NCBI GenBank assembly: GCA_021803945.1
Contig: JAJZKW010000001.1
Coordinates: 77,127 to 141,126 of the forward strand
DNA: 64,000 nt
DNA from: Candidatus Micrarchaeota archaeon
GTDB lineage: Archaea > Micrarchaeota > Micrarchaeia > Micrarchaeales > CABMGC01
Direction of reading: 5' to 3'
Of this stretch, positions 25,486-33,355 are shown piece by piece (positions within the stretch are counted from its first letter, which is position 1; the number at the start of each line of letters is the position of its first letter). The notes below the pieces were generated by a model. That model had not been told where the DNA came from, searched no databases, and saw only the letters and a program-made list of their open reading frames with translations. The position numbers and the translations under genes are program-made.

Positions 25486-26831
25486 ATCGCACCAACATCG
25501 TAATTGAACCTGTAATTGAACTCCTCTTCCCATCCTTGGACGAAGTCAAGCAGGGCATAGTCATTGAAATGGCTTGTGACAAGCTGCACCCCTACCGGGA
25601 ACCCGTTTATGTAATCATACGGAAATGAGACATGGGGGAGGCCTGCCAGGTTTGGTGGCACGGTTATCGAATCCATGCTGTATGATTTTAATGGGCTAAG
25701 TTCCTCAGCTTCCTTTATTGCAGGGGCCTTTATGGGCATTGTAGGCGAGATCAAGAATCCGTCTTTAATGATGCTATTGAGCGCGTCTATCAGCATATGC
25801 CTGAATCTCATCGCCTTTTCATAGTACCTGCTCTTCACGCTTGCGCTTCTCACGAATGTCCCAAGTATTATCCTCCTCTTTGCCTCAGGCCCGAAATTGC
25901 GTCTCGCCTCTGTGAAGAATTCGTTGTATCCCTTCGAGAAATCGTTTACCCTGATCCCATACTTGAATCCGGTGTATTTGGCAAGGTTTGTTGAAGCTTC
26001 TGCCATAGATATTATGTAATATGCAGCAAGCGCCTTGTCTATGAGCGGAAGGCTCCTGTGTTCCACCGAATAGCCGAGGTTCTGCATCTTTGATATGAAC
26101 TTGTCGAACGAGCTCAATATGTCCTGGTCAACATTCGCCATTAGCTGATCTATTATTATGAGCTTTTTCCTGTTCTCGCCATTTATCTGGTGGTCAACGC
26201 ATGTGGTGTCATAGCTGTCGCTGCCTTTGATAATGTCAAATGCATACCTGACATCTCGCGAGCTTCTTCCGATAATGCCTATCTTATCAAGCGAGTTTGC
26301 ATAGTCTATCAGTCCGTATCTAGAAACAAGGCCATATGTAGGGGTGAATCCCACCACCCCGCAGAATGCAGCAGGGCATGATATGGATCCGCCGGTCGAT
26401 TCTGCTACCGCTATATGGTATTTCATCACGGACACTGCTGCAGCTGCGCCTGCGCTCGAACCGCCAGTCACATAGCTGTCTCCAAACGGATTTCGCGGAT
26501 GGTCCTTGCAGTTTATTCCAAAAGTGCCGAATCCGAATTCGTCCATCTTCGTCTTGCCGACAAACCCGAACCCGTTAGATTTAAGCCTTTCAACCGGAGT
26601 TGCATCAAAAGGTGGAACGTATCCTTCAAGCACTGCGGATGACGCAGTAGATTCGACTCCTGAAACACAGATATTATCCTTCACACTGAACGGAATGCCG
26701 GACGATATCTGGCGATTTATACTGCTGAATATGTGAAGTTTTGAGTTCACCTTCTCGAGCTCAGCGATAAGCCGCTCATAATATCCCTCAGGTTTTTCCT
26801 TATCGACAAATTCCTCAATTCCCCCAATCAT
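25482..26831 (-). CDS. gatA: Asp/Glu-tRNA amidotransferase subunit A (amidase family)
   Basis: 449-aa ORF. Amidase signature GGSSAGAAAAV...ESTGGSISCPAAFCGVVGFTPTYG. Confidence 0.85.
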   Translation of the reverse strand: MIGGIEEFVDKEKPEGYYERLIAELEKVNSKLHIFSSINRQISSGIPFSVKDNICVSGVESTASSAVLEGYVPPFDATPVERLKSNGFGFVGKTKMDEFGFGTFGINCKDHPRNPFGDSYVTGGSSAGAAAAVSVMKYHIAVAESTGGSISCPAAFCGVVGFTPTYGLVSRYGLIDYANSLDKIGIIGRSSRDVRYAFDIIKGSDSYDTTCVDHQINGENRKKLIIIDQLMANVDQDILSSFDKFISKMQNLGYSVEHRSLPLIDKALAAYYIISMAEASTNLAKYTGFKYGIRVNDFSKGYNEFFTEARRNFGPEAKRRIILGTFVRSASVKSRYYEKAMRFRHMLIDALNSIIKDGFLISPTMPIKAPAIKEAEELSPLKSYSMDSITVPPNLAGLPHVSFPYDYINGFPVGVQLVTSHFNDYALLDFVQGWEEEFNYRFNYDVGAI

Positions 26832-27109
26832 ATTTTAGGACCCACAATGTAAAACCTGTATATCTTAGAATTACCGAGGAGTTTTCCCGTATCATAGAAA
26901 CCCTCAACTTTGTCTGGCCTTGTCCTGGCAGGCACGTCTATTGGCTGATATGATGGCAGGCAGTTGTCGCAGTCTGCATCCCGTATTGTGTCGAAGTACG
27001 CTATTATCTGAGTTGTCTCATCCTTTATCCTCTTCCGCTCCCCTGGCTCAAGTTTTATTCTGCAGGTCTTAAGCAGCCTATCAAAATCATCGTCTTCCAC
27101 TGGAATCAC
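26828..27109 (-). CDS. gatC: Asp/Glu-tRNA amidotransferase subunit C
   Basis: 93-aa ORF with an ATGA overlap with the gatA start (verified at 26828-26831). Size and position fit GatC. Confidence 0.65.
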   Translation of the reverse strand: MIPVEDDDFDRLLKTCRIKLEPGERKRIKDETTQIIAYFDTIRDADCDNCLPSYQPIDVPARTRPDKVEGFYDTGKLLGNSKIYRFYIVGPKI

Positions 27110-27203
27110 TAACGCAAAACTGCGATTGCAGATAGAAGTCTATGCAAATATTTATAACGTTTATCTCAAGATTTATAAGGTAGTTTAACGCTAAGACTCC
27201 TGT

Positions 27204-27323
27204 GCCAAGGTTGCGGAATCTGGTTAACGCGCCGGTCTTGAATTTAATTCAAGAGCTGATCTCGTGATGCAAAAGAAAACCGGTTCCCTTCGGGGATTTA
27301 GGGTTCAAATCCCTACCTTGGCG
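27204..27323 (+). tRNA. tRNA-Ser (anticodon UGA) with a ~35-nt intron at the canonical 37/38 position
   Basis: Acceptor gccaagg/ccttggc plus G73; D arm tgcg..cgcg; anticodon stem ccggt/accgg with loop ctTGAa; long variable arm tcccttcgggga; T arm agggttcaaatccct. Intron ~27243-27277 contains attcaag, complementary to the anticodon region. No encoded CCA. Confidence 0.8.
27312..27323 (+). repeat. att-like core, copy 1 (3' end of tRNA-Ser UGA)
   Basis: cctaccttggcg. Identical 12-mers occur in the same orientation at 28791-28802 and 33242-33253. Confidence 0.7.
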
Positions 27324-27555
27324 CACCTCTTATTTTGTCGTAGTGAAATTTGATTTTATTATACTTCTTGTCAGTATGTGAATCCACACATGGAATTGGC
27401 CGGCATGGCGCAAGCACAGTCGGTGGGTTTCAATGTATATTTGGGAGAAAACAGATTACTTTCTCTCATAAAATGGTGTTATATGGCGAAAACTTAGGAA
27501 TATCTCTAAAACGCAACACTTATTAAGCTCTTACTGCTAAATTTCTTCGGTTAAC

Positions 27556-28389
27556 TTGGCTGCAAACAATAAAATTAAGGACAAAAACCCTAAGAAAAAA
27601 CACACGAAATTAATGGCAGGCCTTATCATAACTGCTGTGGTTATAATTCTGCTGCTTTATTTATACGAAACATATGGCAGCCTTCCTTCAGGGCTTGCTA
27701 CGGCTGTGTTGTCTGGAAAACCTCTAACTGCGTCGGAGATGCAAACTCTTCTACTGCAGAAAATGTCATCATATGCGTACTTTAAGGCTAATTACACTGG
27801 AAATATAACCATCAATACTGACCCACCATTATCTGTGCTTATATACAAGGACGGATTAAATTACATATATAACATTACATTTTACAATATGCCAAATATC
27901 GGCAATCTTGACATAAACTATATAGATCCAGTCAATGGCAATTTACAGGGAGAATATCTCTGTGTATCCTCTAGCATTACTTCAATAGCAACTAAGCTGA
28001 ACACGGAACCCAATGTGGCAATATGCAAGAATCCTTCCAATCATCCCATTTTCTCAGGAAAAGTGGCAAATCTACTTGTAAATGCATCGAGTTTGGAGAA
28101 CCTAAACATAACGAATTATGGTCTGTCAGAATTTAATGGCCAGCCGTGCTACGCAGTAGCTGGCATAGGTACAATAGAGATTAATAGCAGTATAATGAGC
28201 AGCACTTCAGGACCGACCATCCCTGCTAACATTAGTTTTAATACCTGTTTATCGGCCCAGTATAATTTGCCACTCAATCTAGATATGAAGATACGGGCTT
28301 CTAACGGAGTTACTATGTCTGTGCGTCTGTACAGCTACATGATGGGTCCATCTGGTCCATTTACCCTAGGCTTCGGTAATATTGCATAA
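27556..28389 (+). CDS. Membrane-anchored extracellular protein, N-glycosylation-sequon rich (unknown function)
   Basis: 277-aa ORF (TTG start; alternative start MAGLIITAVV...). One N-terminal TM helix, then many N-x-S/T sequons (NYT, NIT, NAS, NIT, NSS, NIS) and conserved Cys residues. Confidence 0.5.
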   Translation: MAANNKIKDKNPKKKHTKLMAGLIITAVVIILLLYLYETYGSLPSGLATAVLSGKPLTASEMQTLLLQKMSSYAYFKANYTGNITINTDPPLSVLIYKDGLNYIYNITFYNMPNIGNLDINYIDPVNGNLQGEYLCVSSSITSIATKLNTEPNVAICKNPSNHPIFSGKVANLLVNASSLENLNITNYGLSEFNGQPCYAVAGIGTIEINSSIMSSTSGPTIPANISFNTCLSAQYNLPLNLDMKIRASNGVTMSVRLYSYMMGPSGPFTLGFGNIA

Positions 28390-28790
28390 CTGTGATCTAA
28401 AACACGCAAGGAAAACATATTGAAAGCGGGTTGCCAGGTATATGGACATACCTATACCAAACGCGGATACTGTCGTTCATCAGACTCATCTATATCATTT
28501 CAAATATTCTAAATCCTCTAATAACAAGAACCCATCATAGCATTAAGGAATTTGTGATTCCTGGTGATAGGGCAGTAGGCTGTATTTTGTCCCTTTTATG
28601 AACCTGCCCTATCCTCTTCCTGATGAAGCTTCTTTAGAAATACACTCTAGGTTGTCGTTAAACAGCATATCTCGCCCAGAGCCGATATTTGTATGCTCTT
28701 AGAAAAGAGACTGTTGAAACGCAAATTTTAATGTTTTTATATCCCTTAGGATATAGATGAAGCTTAGGCGTCATCTTGGCAAGTAAAAGG

Positions 28791-28802
28791 CCTACCTTGG
28801 CG
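28791..28802 (+). repeat. att-like core, copy 2
   Basis: cctaccttggcg inside a 666-nt stretch with no convincing ORF. Confidence 0.65.
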
Positions 28803-29055
28803 TAGTATTTAATATGCTATAGCCTTCCTTTTAAGTCCTACAGCAATCATTTGACTAAAAGTAATGCTTCAATGGTCACTAAATGCGCAATGCCTTTTTC
28901 TGTCTCCCTAGCCATCCGTTCGACGAAGTTCGAAATCACTGCGCCTACCTTCCATATATAATCCAAACCACCGGAACTAACAGGATTAGTCGACACAGCA
29001 AACCTACCATACAGATTAATATATCAGATAATGAATTAACAATTCTGGTAAAATT

Positions 29056-29904
29056 ATGGCCTCAAAAACAAAAGATAGCCAGTCTCCTGGCTCAGAAAAC
29101 CAGCAACCTAGGACATATGATGTAACTTTAGCATGGCCTGCAGGCAATATCACCGCGTTAGTGCGTGGCATGGTTCCGGCATCTAGCAAGAAGCCTATAA
29201 ATGACAGAATATTGGGAATGTTTCCTAATGTTGAACAGGTAGGCTTCTATTCGGAAGAAAGAAACAGACCGGCATTGGAGATGGCAGGCGGAGAGTTTTG
29301 TGGGAATGCTCTACGCTCGGTAGCATATTTGATTCTCGAGGGAAAGCCAGGAGAGGCATTATTCAGCGTCTTTGGCGTAGAACAGAAGCTTGTAGCCGGA
29401 GTGCGGGAAGAAGGCTCTGCATTTGCACAGATACCTCTCAGTAGAGAATTTGATACGATAAGAAAATTAAATGGTGGGATGTGGCAGGTTGACCTAGATG
29501 GCATATCACACATTGTAGTAAAGGTCACGAAGGCGCTGGGCGAAGAGCAGGCAAAACTCGTTGCAAAAGAATTACTAACAAAAACAAATCTGCTTGAAGA
29601 TAAACCTGCATCTGGAGTGATGTTTATTAGAGAGACGGACCTTGAAGGTGTCTTGGAAATGGAGCCTGTTGTCTTTGTTAGGGGAATACAGACATTCTTC
29701 TATGAGACTGCCTGCGCCAGTGGAACATCTGCAGTAGGAATATGGTATAACCAGGAAAGCGGTGCAGAAGATACGCTGCTAAAGGTCAGGCAACCAAGCA
29801 GAGAGGTGCTTGATGTCAGGGTCAGGAAAAACAACGGGCAGCTTGAGGACGTGTTCATCGAAGGTCCTATGAAAATATTACAAAGAACCGAAGTGAGCAT
29901 ATGA
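29056..29904 (+). CDS. DapF/PhzF-fold epimerase/racemase-like protein
   Basis: 282-aa ORF. N-terminal WPAGNITALV (compare the GNDF strand of DapF). Two pseudo-symmetric Cys motifs, GGEFCGNALRSVAY and ETACASGTSAVG, sit where DapF-family catalytic cysteines lie. Confidence 0.55.
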   Translation: MASKTKDSQSPGSENQQPRTYDVTLAWPAGNITALVRGMVPASSKKPINDRILGMFPNVEQVGFYSEERNRPALEMAGGEFCGNALRSVAYLILEGKPGEALFSVFGVEQKLVAGVREEGSAFAQIPLSREFDTIRKLNGGMWQVDLDGISHIVVKVTKALGEEQAKLVAKELLTKTNLLEDKPASGVMFIRETDLEGVLEMEPVVFVRGIQTFFYETACASGTSAVGIWYNQESGAEDTLLKVRQPSREVLDVRVRKNNGQLEDVFIEGPMKILQRTEVSI

Positions 29905-30485
29905 AAGGTATGAAAACAATACAGACAAAATCGGGTCTGTTGGCTGTACTTAGAGACTATTCAACAGCGGATAGGGAATCTGTAGTAGAACTTTTTAGAA
30001 AAGCATTTTCTGGACCGCCATACTTTGAAAACAACCCTTCAGAGGTAATTAGAGACTTGTTCAGAACTTACGAGATGGAACCTGACCTTTTTTTTCATGT
30101 TGTGACGCCTATTCAGAATGGTGAAGGAGAAACGGTCATCGGATTGAGTATAGCATACAGACTGGACCTCTCAAAATTCCGATGTTTAGAAGTCCCATTT
30201 GAAGAAATGGGCATTTCAATAAATTCGCATAATATAGCATACGGGGCTGAGTTAGCTGTCGAACCTGGAGAGCGATGGAGAAACCAAGGAATTGCAACAA
30301 TCATGATGGCAGAAAGGATACGACTAGTCAGAGAAGCAGGATTTGACTATTTGATAGGAAGGACTCGTTTTGACAGTTTTACAAATCCCATATACGCGAG
30401 GTTCGGCTTCATCCGTATCGAAGGGCTAGCCGATCCAGATTTTCCAGAACGTCGCTATTTTGTCAAGGATCTGAATAGTGCTTAG
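29901..30485 (+). CDS. GNAT family N-acetyltransferase
   Basis: 194-aa ORF with an ATGA overlap with the upstream gene. Acetyl-CoA motif A: VEPGERWRNQGIATIMMAERIRLVREAGF. Confidence 0.65.
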   Translation: MKGMKTIQTKSGLLAVLRDYSTADRESVVELFRKAFSGPPYFENNPSEVIRDLFRTYEMEPDLFFHVVTPIQNGEGETVIGLSIAYRLDLSKFRCLEVPFEEMGISINSHNIAYGAELAVEPGERWRNQGIATIMMAERIRLVREAGFDYLIGRTRFDSFTNPIYARFGFIRIEGLADPDFPERRYFVKDLNSA

Positions 30486-31194
30486 AATGGGCATATCAGA
30501 AATTCATAATAGGCTGGAACGAAGGATGATTACTTATCGTGACCTGATTTCTATCAAGGTAAATGACAATGGGGACCGCATCGTCCCGCTCGAAAAGGAC
30601 AAGATTCTTTTTGGCTACATGCCAGAACTTTCAGACATGAAAGTGATATTGGGAGATACTATTTTTGTCAGAGAGGGCACCTATGACAAATTGCTGAAGG
30701 CACAACACAGCCTGAAGACCAAAAATCCGAACCTGTCTTTATATGTGACTTATGGCTATAGAAGCCTTAAAATCCAGACGGAACGTTTCATGCTCCGGCT
30801 TAAGGAGTGCGCTAATATTTATTTCCAGAATCCTGAAGACCTATACGAAGAGGTGCACAGGTCTATTGCTGTACCGTCAGTGGCAGGACATCCTACGGGA
30901 GGAGCTGTTGACATTAAAATAATAGATATACCAAGTGGCAAATTCTTGGATTTTGGATCAGAACAATACAATTATTCCAACAAGAAGTATTATGTTTATT
31001 CGCCTAATGTTAAGGGCAAGGCTATGAGTAATAGGATGTTGCTTAGAGAATGTATGGTTGGCGCAGGTTTTGCTCCGTTCGATGGAGAATGGTGGCATTT
31101 CTCATATGGAGATAGAGAGTGGGCGTGCTTTTATAAAAAGCACACTGCTTTATACGATCAGATCAAAGTAAGTGAACTTGATAAATTTAAGTAG
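30478..31194 (+). CDS. VanX/DdpX-like D-alanyl-D-alanine dipeptidase (peptidase M15D)
   Basis: 238-aa ORF (GTG 30478 or ATG 30487). Zn-ligand motifs SVAGHPTGGAVDI (SxHxxGxAxD) and EWWHFSYGD. Confidence 0.7.
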   Translation: MLRMGISEIHNRLERRMITYRDLISIKVNDNGDRIVPLEKDKILFGYMPELSDMKVILGDTIFVREGTYDKLLKAQHSLKTKNPNLSLYVTYGYRSLKIQTERFMLRLKECANIYFQNPEDLYEEVHRSIAVPSVAGHPTGGAVDIKIIDIPSGKFLDFGSEQYNYSNKKYYVYSPNVKGKAMSNRMLLRECMVGAGFAPFDGEWWHFSYGDREWACFYKKHTALYDQIKVSELDKFK

Positions 31195-31417
31195 TGTCAC
31201 TTTTCTGCTATAGCATAAAACACATCAAGTAAATGGAAATCACTGAAAAACATTATAAAAAATGGACAGATCTAAAGGCAAAGATAGAAAATCTCTTCTA
31301 GTGGCAAAAAGGAGAAAAGATTAGGCTATATGATTGAAGCGAATGGTAATAAATCTATTTCAGGTTGATCCAACTATAACTTATTATTAAGATTTGTATG
31401 TATATAATGGGACAAAC

Positions 31418-33130
31418 ATGAGGCATGACCATAAACTAGAAACCAAAACACTTACAATTGAGGGGAAAAACCTTACCATTAACGACGTTGTCAGAGTGGG
31501 ATTAGCTAGACCAGGAGATATCAATATACTGCTTTCAGAGTCTGCAGCAGAAAAAATCAATAAGTCAAGAAAGATTGTTGAAAAGATATTAGACGATGGG
31601 CTCATTGTATATGGTATAAACACGGGCTTTGGCTCTTATGCAGAAAAAGTCATATCGAGGGAGGAGACAGAGCTATTGCAGCGGTATCTAATAAAGAGCC
31701 ACGCCACAGGTGCAGGCGATCCCTACAGTCCAGAGATAATACGTTCGGCAATGCTCATACGCGCGAATACTCATGCTAGAGGCAATTCAGGAATACGGCT
31801 CAAACTAGTCCAGATTCTATTAGATATGCTGAATAAAGGCGTAGTTCCATACGTCCCCGAGCACGGATCTCTTGGTGCAAGCGGCGATTTGGCACCGCTT
31901 TCTCACATTGCACTATGCCTTTCAAAAGACCCTAAGTCAAACCGAGCTGAAGAAAGGCTCACTAAAAAGGCGAAAGCCGGAGAAACGTTTACTATACAGG
32001 AGACCAGAGAGGCAATCAAAGAATCAGGAGAGGCATATCTATGGCAGGGCTCATCTTGGGTAAAGATGACTGGTATAGAAGCCATGGCAAAAGCCGGTAT
32101 TGATAGAATAGCCCTTGAGGCAAAAGAGGGCCTTGCACTGAACAACGGGTGCAGCGTGTCTGCTGCCACATCCTGTTTTGTAATTCATTTTGGCGAGAGA
32201 GCGCAGCAATCTGCAGATCTGATAGCTGCTCTGGTGATGGAGGCTGTGGGTGGTTTTGAGTCCGCATTTTCTTGTGAAATTAACGATAGTAGACCCTACT
32301 ACGGACAGATGGAAGTAGCAAGACGTATCAGAGAATACATAAAGGACAGTGGCGTGGCAAAGCATGTAGACGAGATACAAAACTCGAAGAATGTGATGAA
32401 TGACTTCAACAAAGTGCAAGATTCCTACTCCATAAGGTGCATACCTCAGGTCCACGGACCTGTTCTAGACGCATTGGAATATGCAAAGTCTGTGATAAGT
32501 ATAGAGATAAACGCTGCAACAGACAATCCTCTTATCTTTCCAGACTCCAACTATATCAACAAGGCATTCAGTGGGGGCAACTTCCACGGACAAAATATAT
32601 CTCTTTCAATAGACTTCCTTAGCATTGCGCTATGTACGCTTGGAAATATTTCGGAAAGGCGGATATTCAAACTGATGGAAAACAGACTCAACGGAGGTCT
32701 TCCTGATTTTCTCATACACCCGGTAAGCGGGAAGCATGGTCTGATGAGCGGGGCAATGATAATGCAATACACTGCCGCATCACTCGCCTCTGAAAACAAA
32801 GTGTTGTCGCACCCTGCATCTGCAGACAGCATAACTTCAAGTGCAGATCGGGAGGACTTCGTAAGCATGGCTCCGATAAGTGCAAGGAAGACCTATAGGA
32901 TACTTGACAACCTCGAGAATATACTTGCGATAGAGTGCTGGTGCTCAATAATTGCGCTAAGACTCAGGCATGAAGAAAAGGCAAAACTAAGCAGAACAGC
33001 TACCAACACATTGAATTTCATGAAAGAAGACATATCTGAATTCAATGAAGATCGGGTAACATACGATGAGGTCAAGTGGATAAAGTCGCTTATACACTCA
33101 GGCGAATTGTTAAAGGCTGCAAGCAAGTAA
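31418..33130 (+). CDS. MIO-dependent aromatic amino acid/histidine ammonia-lyase or aminomutase (HAL/PAL family)
   Basis: GSLGASGDLAPLSHIAL (the Ala-Ser-Gly MIO triad), YGINTGFG, NNGCS, QDSYSIRC, TDNPLIF. About 25-30 extra residues follow the MIO loop relative to typical HutH. I prefer the ATG at 31418 to the track's TTG at 31394. Confidence 0.8.
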   Translation: MRHDHKLETKTLTIEGKNLTINDVVRVGLARPGDINILLSESAAEKINKSRKIVEKILDDGLIVYGINTGFGSYAEKVISREETELLQRYLIKSHATGAGDPYSPEIIRSAMLIRANTHARGNSGIRLKLVQILLDMLNKGVVPYVPEHGSLGASGDLAPLSHIALCLSKDPKSNRAEERLTKKAKAGETFTIQETREAIKESGEAYLWQGSSWVKMTGIEAMAKAGIDRIALEAKEGLALNNGCSVSAATSCFVIHFGERAQQSADLIAALVMEAVGGFESAFSCEINDSRPYYGQMEVARRIREYIKDSGVAKHVDEIQNSKNVMNDFNKVQDSYSIRCIPQVHGPVLDALEYAKSVISIEINAATDNPLIFPDSNYINKAFSGGNFHGQNISLSIDFLSIALCTLGNISERRIFKLMENRLNGGLPDFLIHPVSGKHGLMSGAMIMQYTAASLASENKVLSHPASADSITSSADREDFVSMAPISARKTYRILDNLENILAIECWCSIIALRLRHEEKAKLSRTATNTLNFMKEDISEFNEDRVTYDEVKWIKSLIHSGELLKAASK

Positions 33131-33241
33131 AGGGCACTGCAGTCGTATGGGTAATAGAACTTCAACCTCAGGCAGAGACATCTCATAATACCAAATACTG
33201 TTAAACAATATGTTCTGTACGAAGAACTAAAATGTCTATGA

Positions 33242-33253
33242 CCTACCTTGGCG
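33242..33253 (+). repeat. att-like core, copy 3 (distal island boundary)
   Basis: cctaccttggcg, 112 nt after the HAL-family stop codon. Confidence 0.65.
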
Positions 33254-33355
33254 AAATCCTTTAGGCCGGATCTAAGAATACCGAAACGGTTTGCAAGGTT
33301 ACGCTATTCTGAGATTGGTGTTTTTATGCAGCCGTACAAAGCAGGCAATGTCAGC

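Larger units (their letters stand above)
27324..33241. mobile_element. Putative bipartite genomic island integrated at tRNA-Ser(UGA); no integrase retained
   Basis: Three same-orientation copies of the tRNA 3'-end 12-mer delimit segments of ~1.5 kb and ~4.4 kb. My spot G+C counts inside are 23/60 at 27601-27660 and 22/60 at 30601-30660, lower than in flanking core genes. Gene content is atypical for archaea. Confidence 0.55.

Noticed and set aside
28883-29125. 80-aa ORF upstream of, and overlapping, the epimerase-like gene
   Set aside because: No motifs. It overlaps the better-supported 29056 start and lies in the degenerate AT-rich gap, so it is probably not a gene. It could still be a pseudogene fragment.
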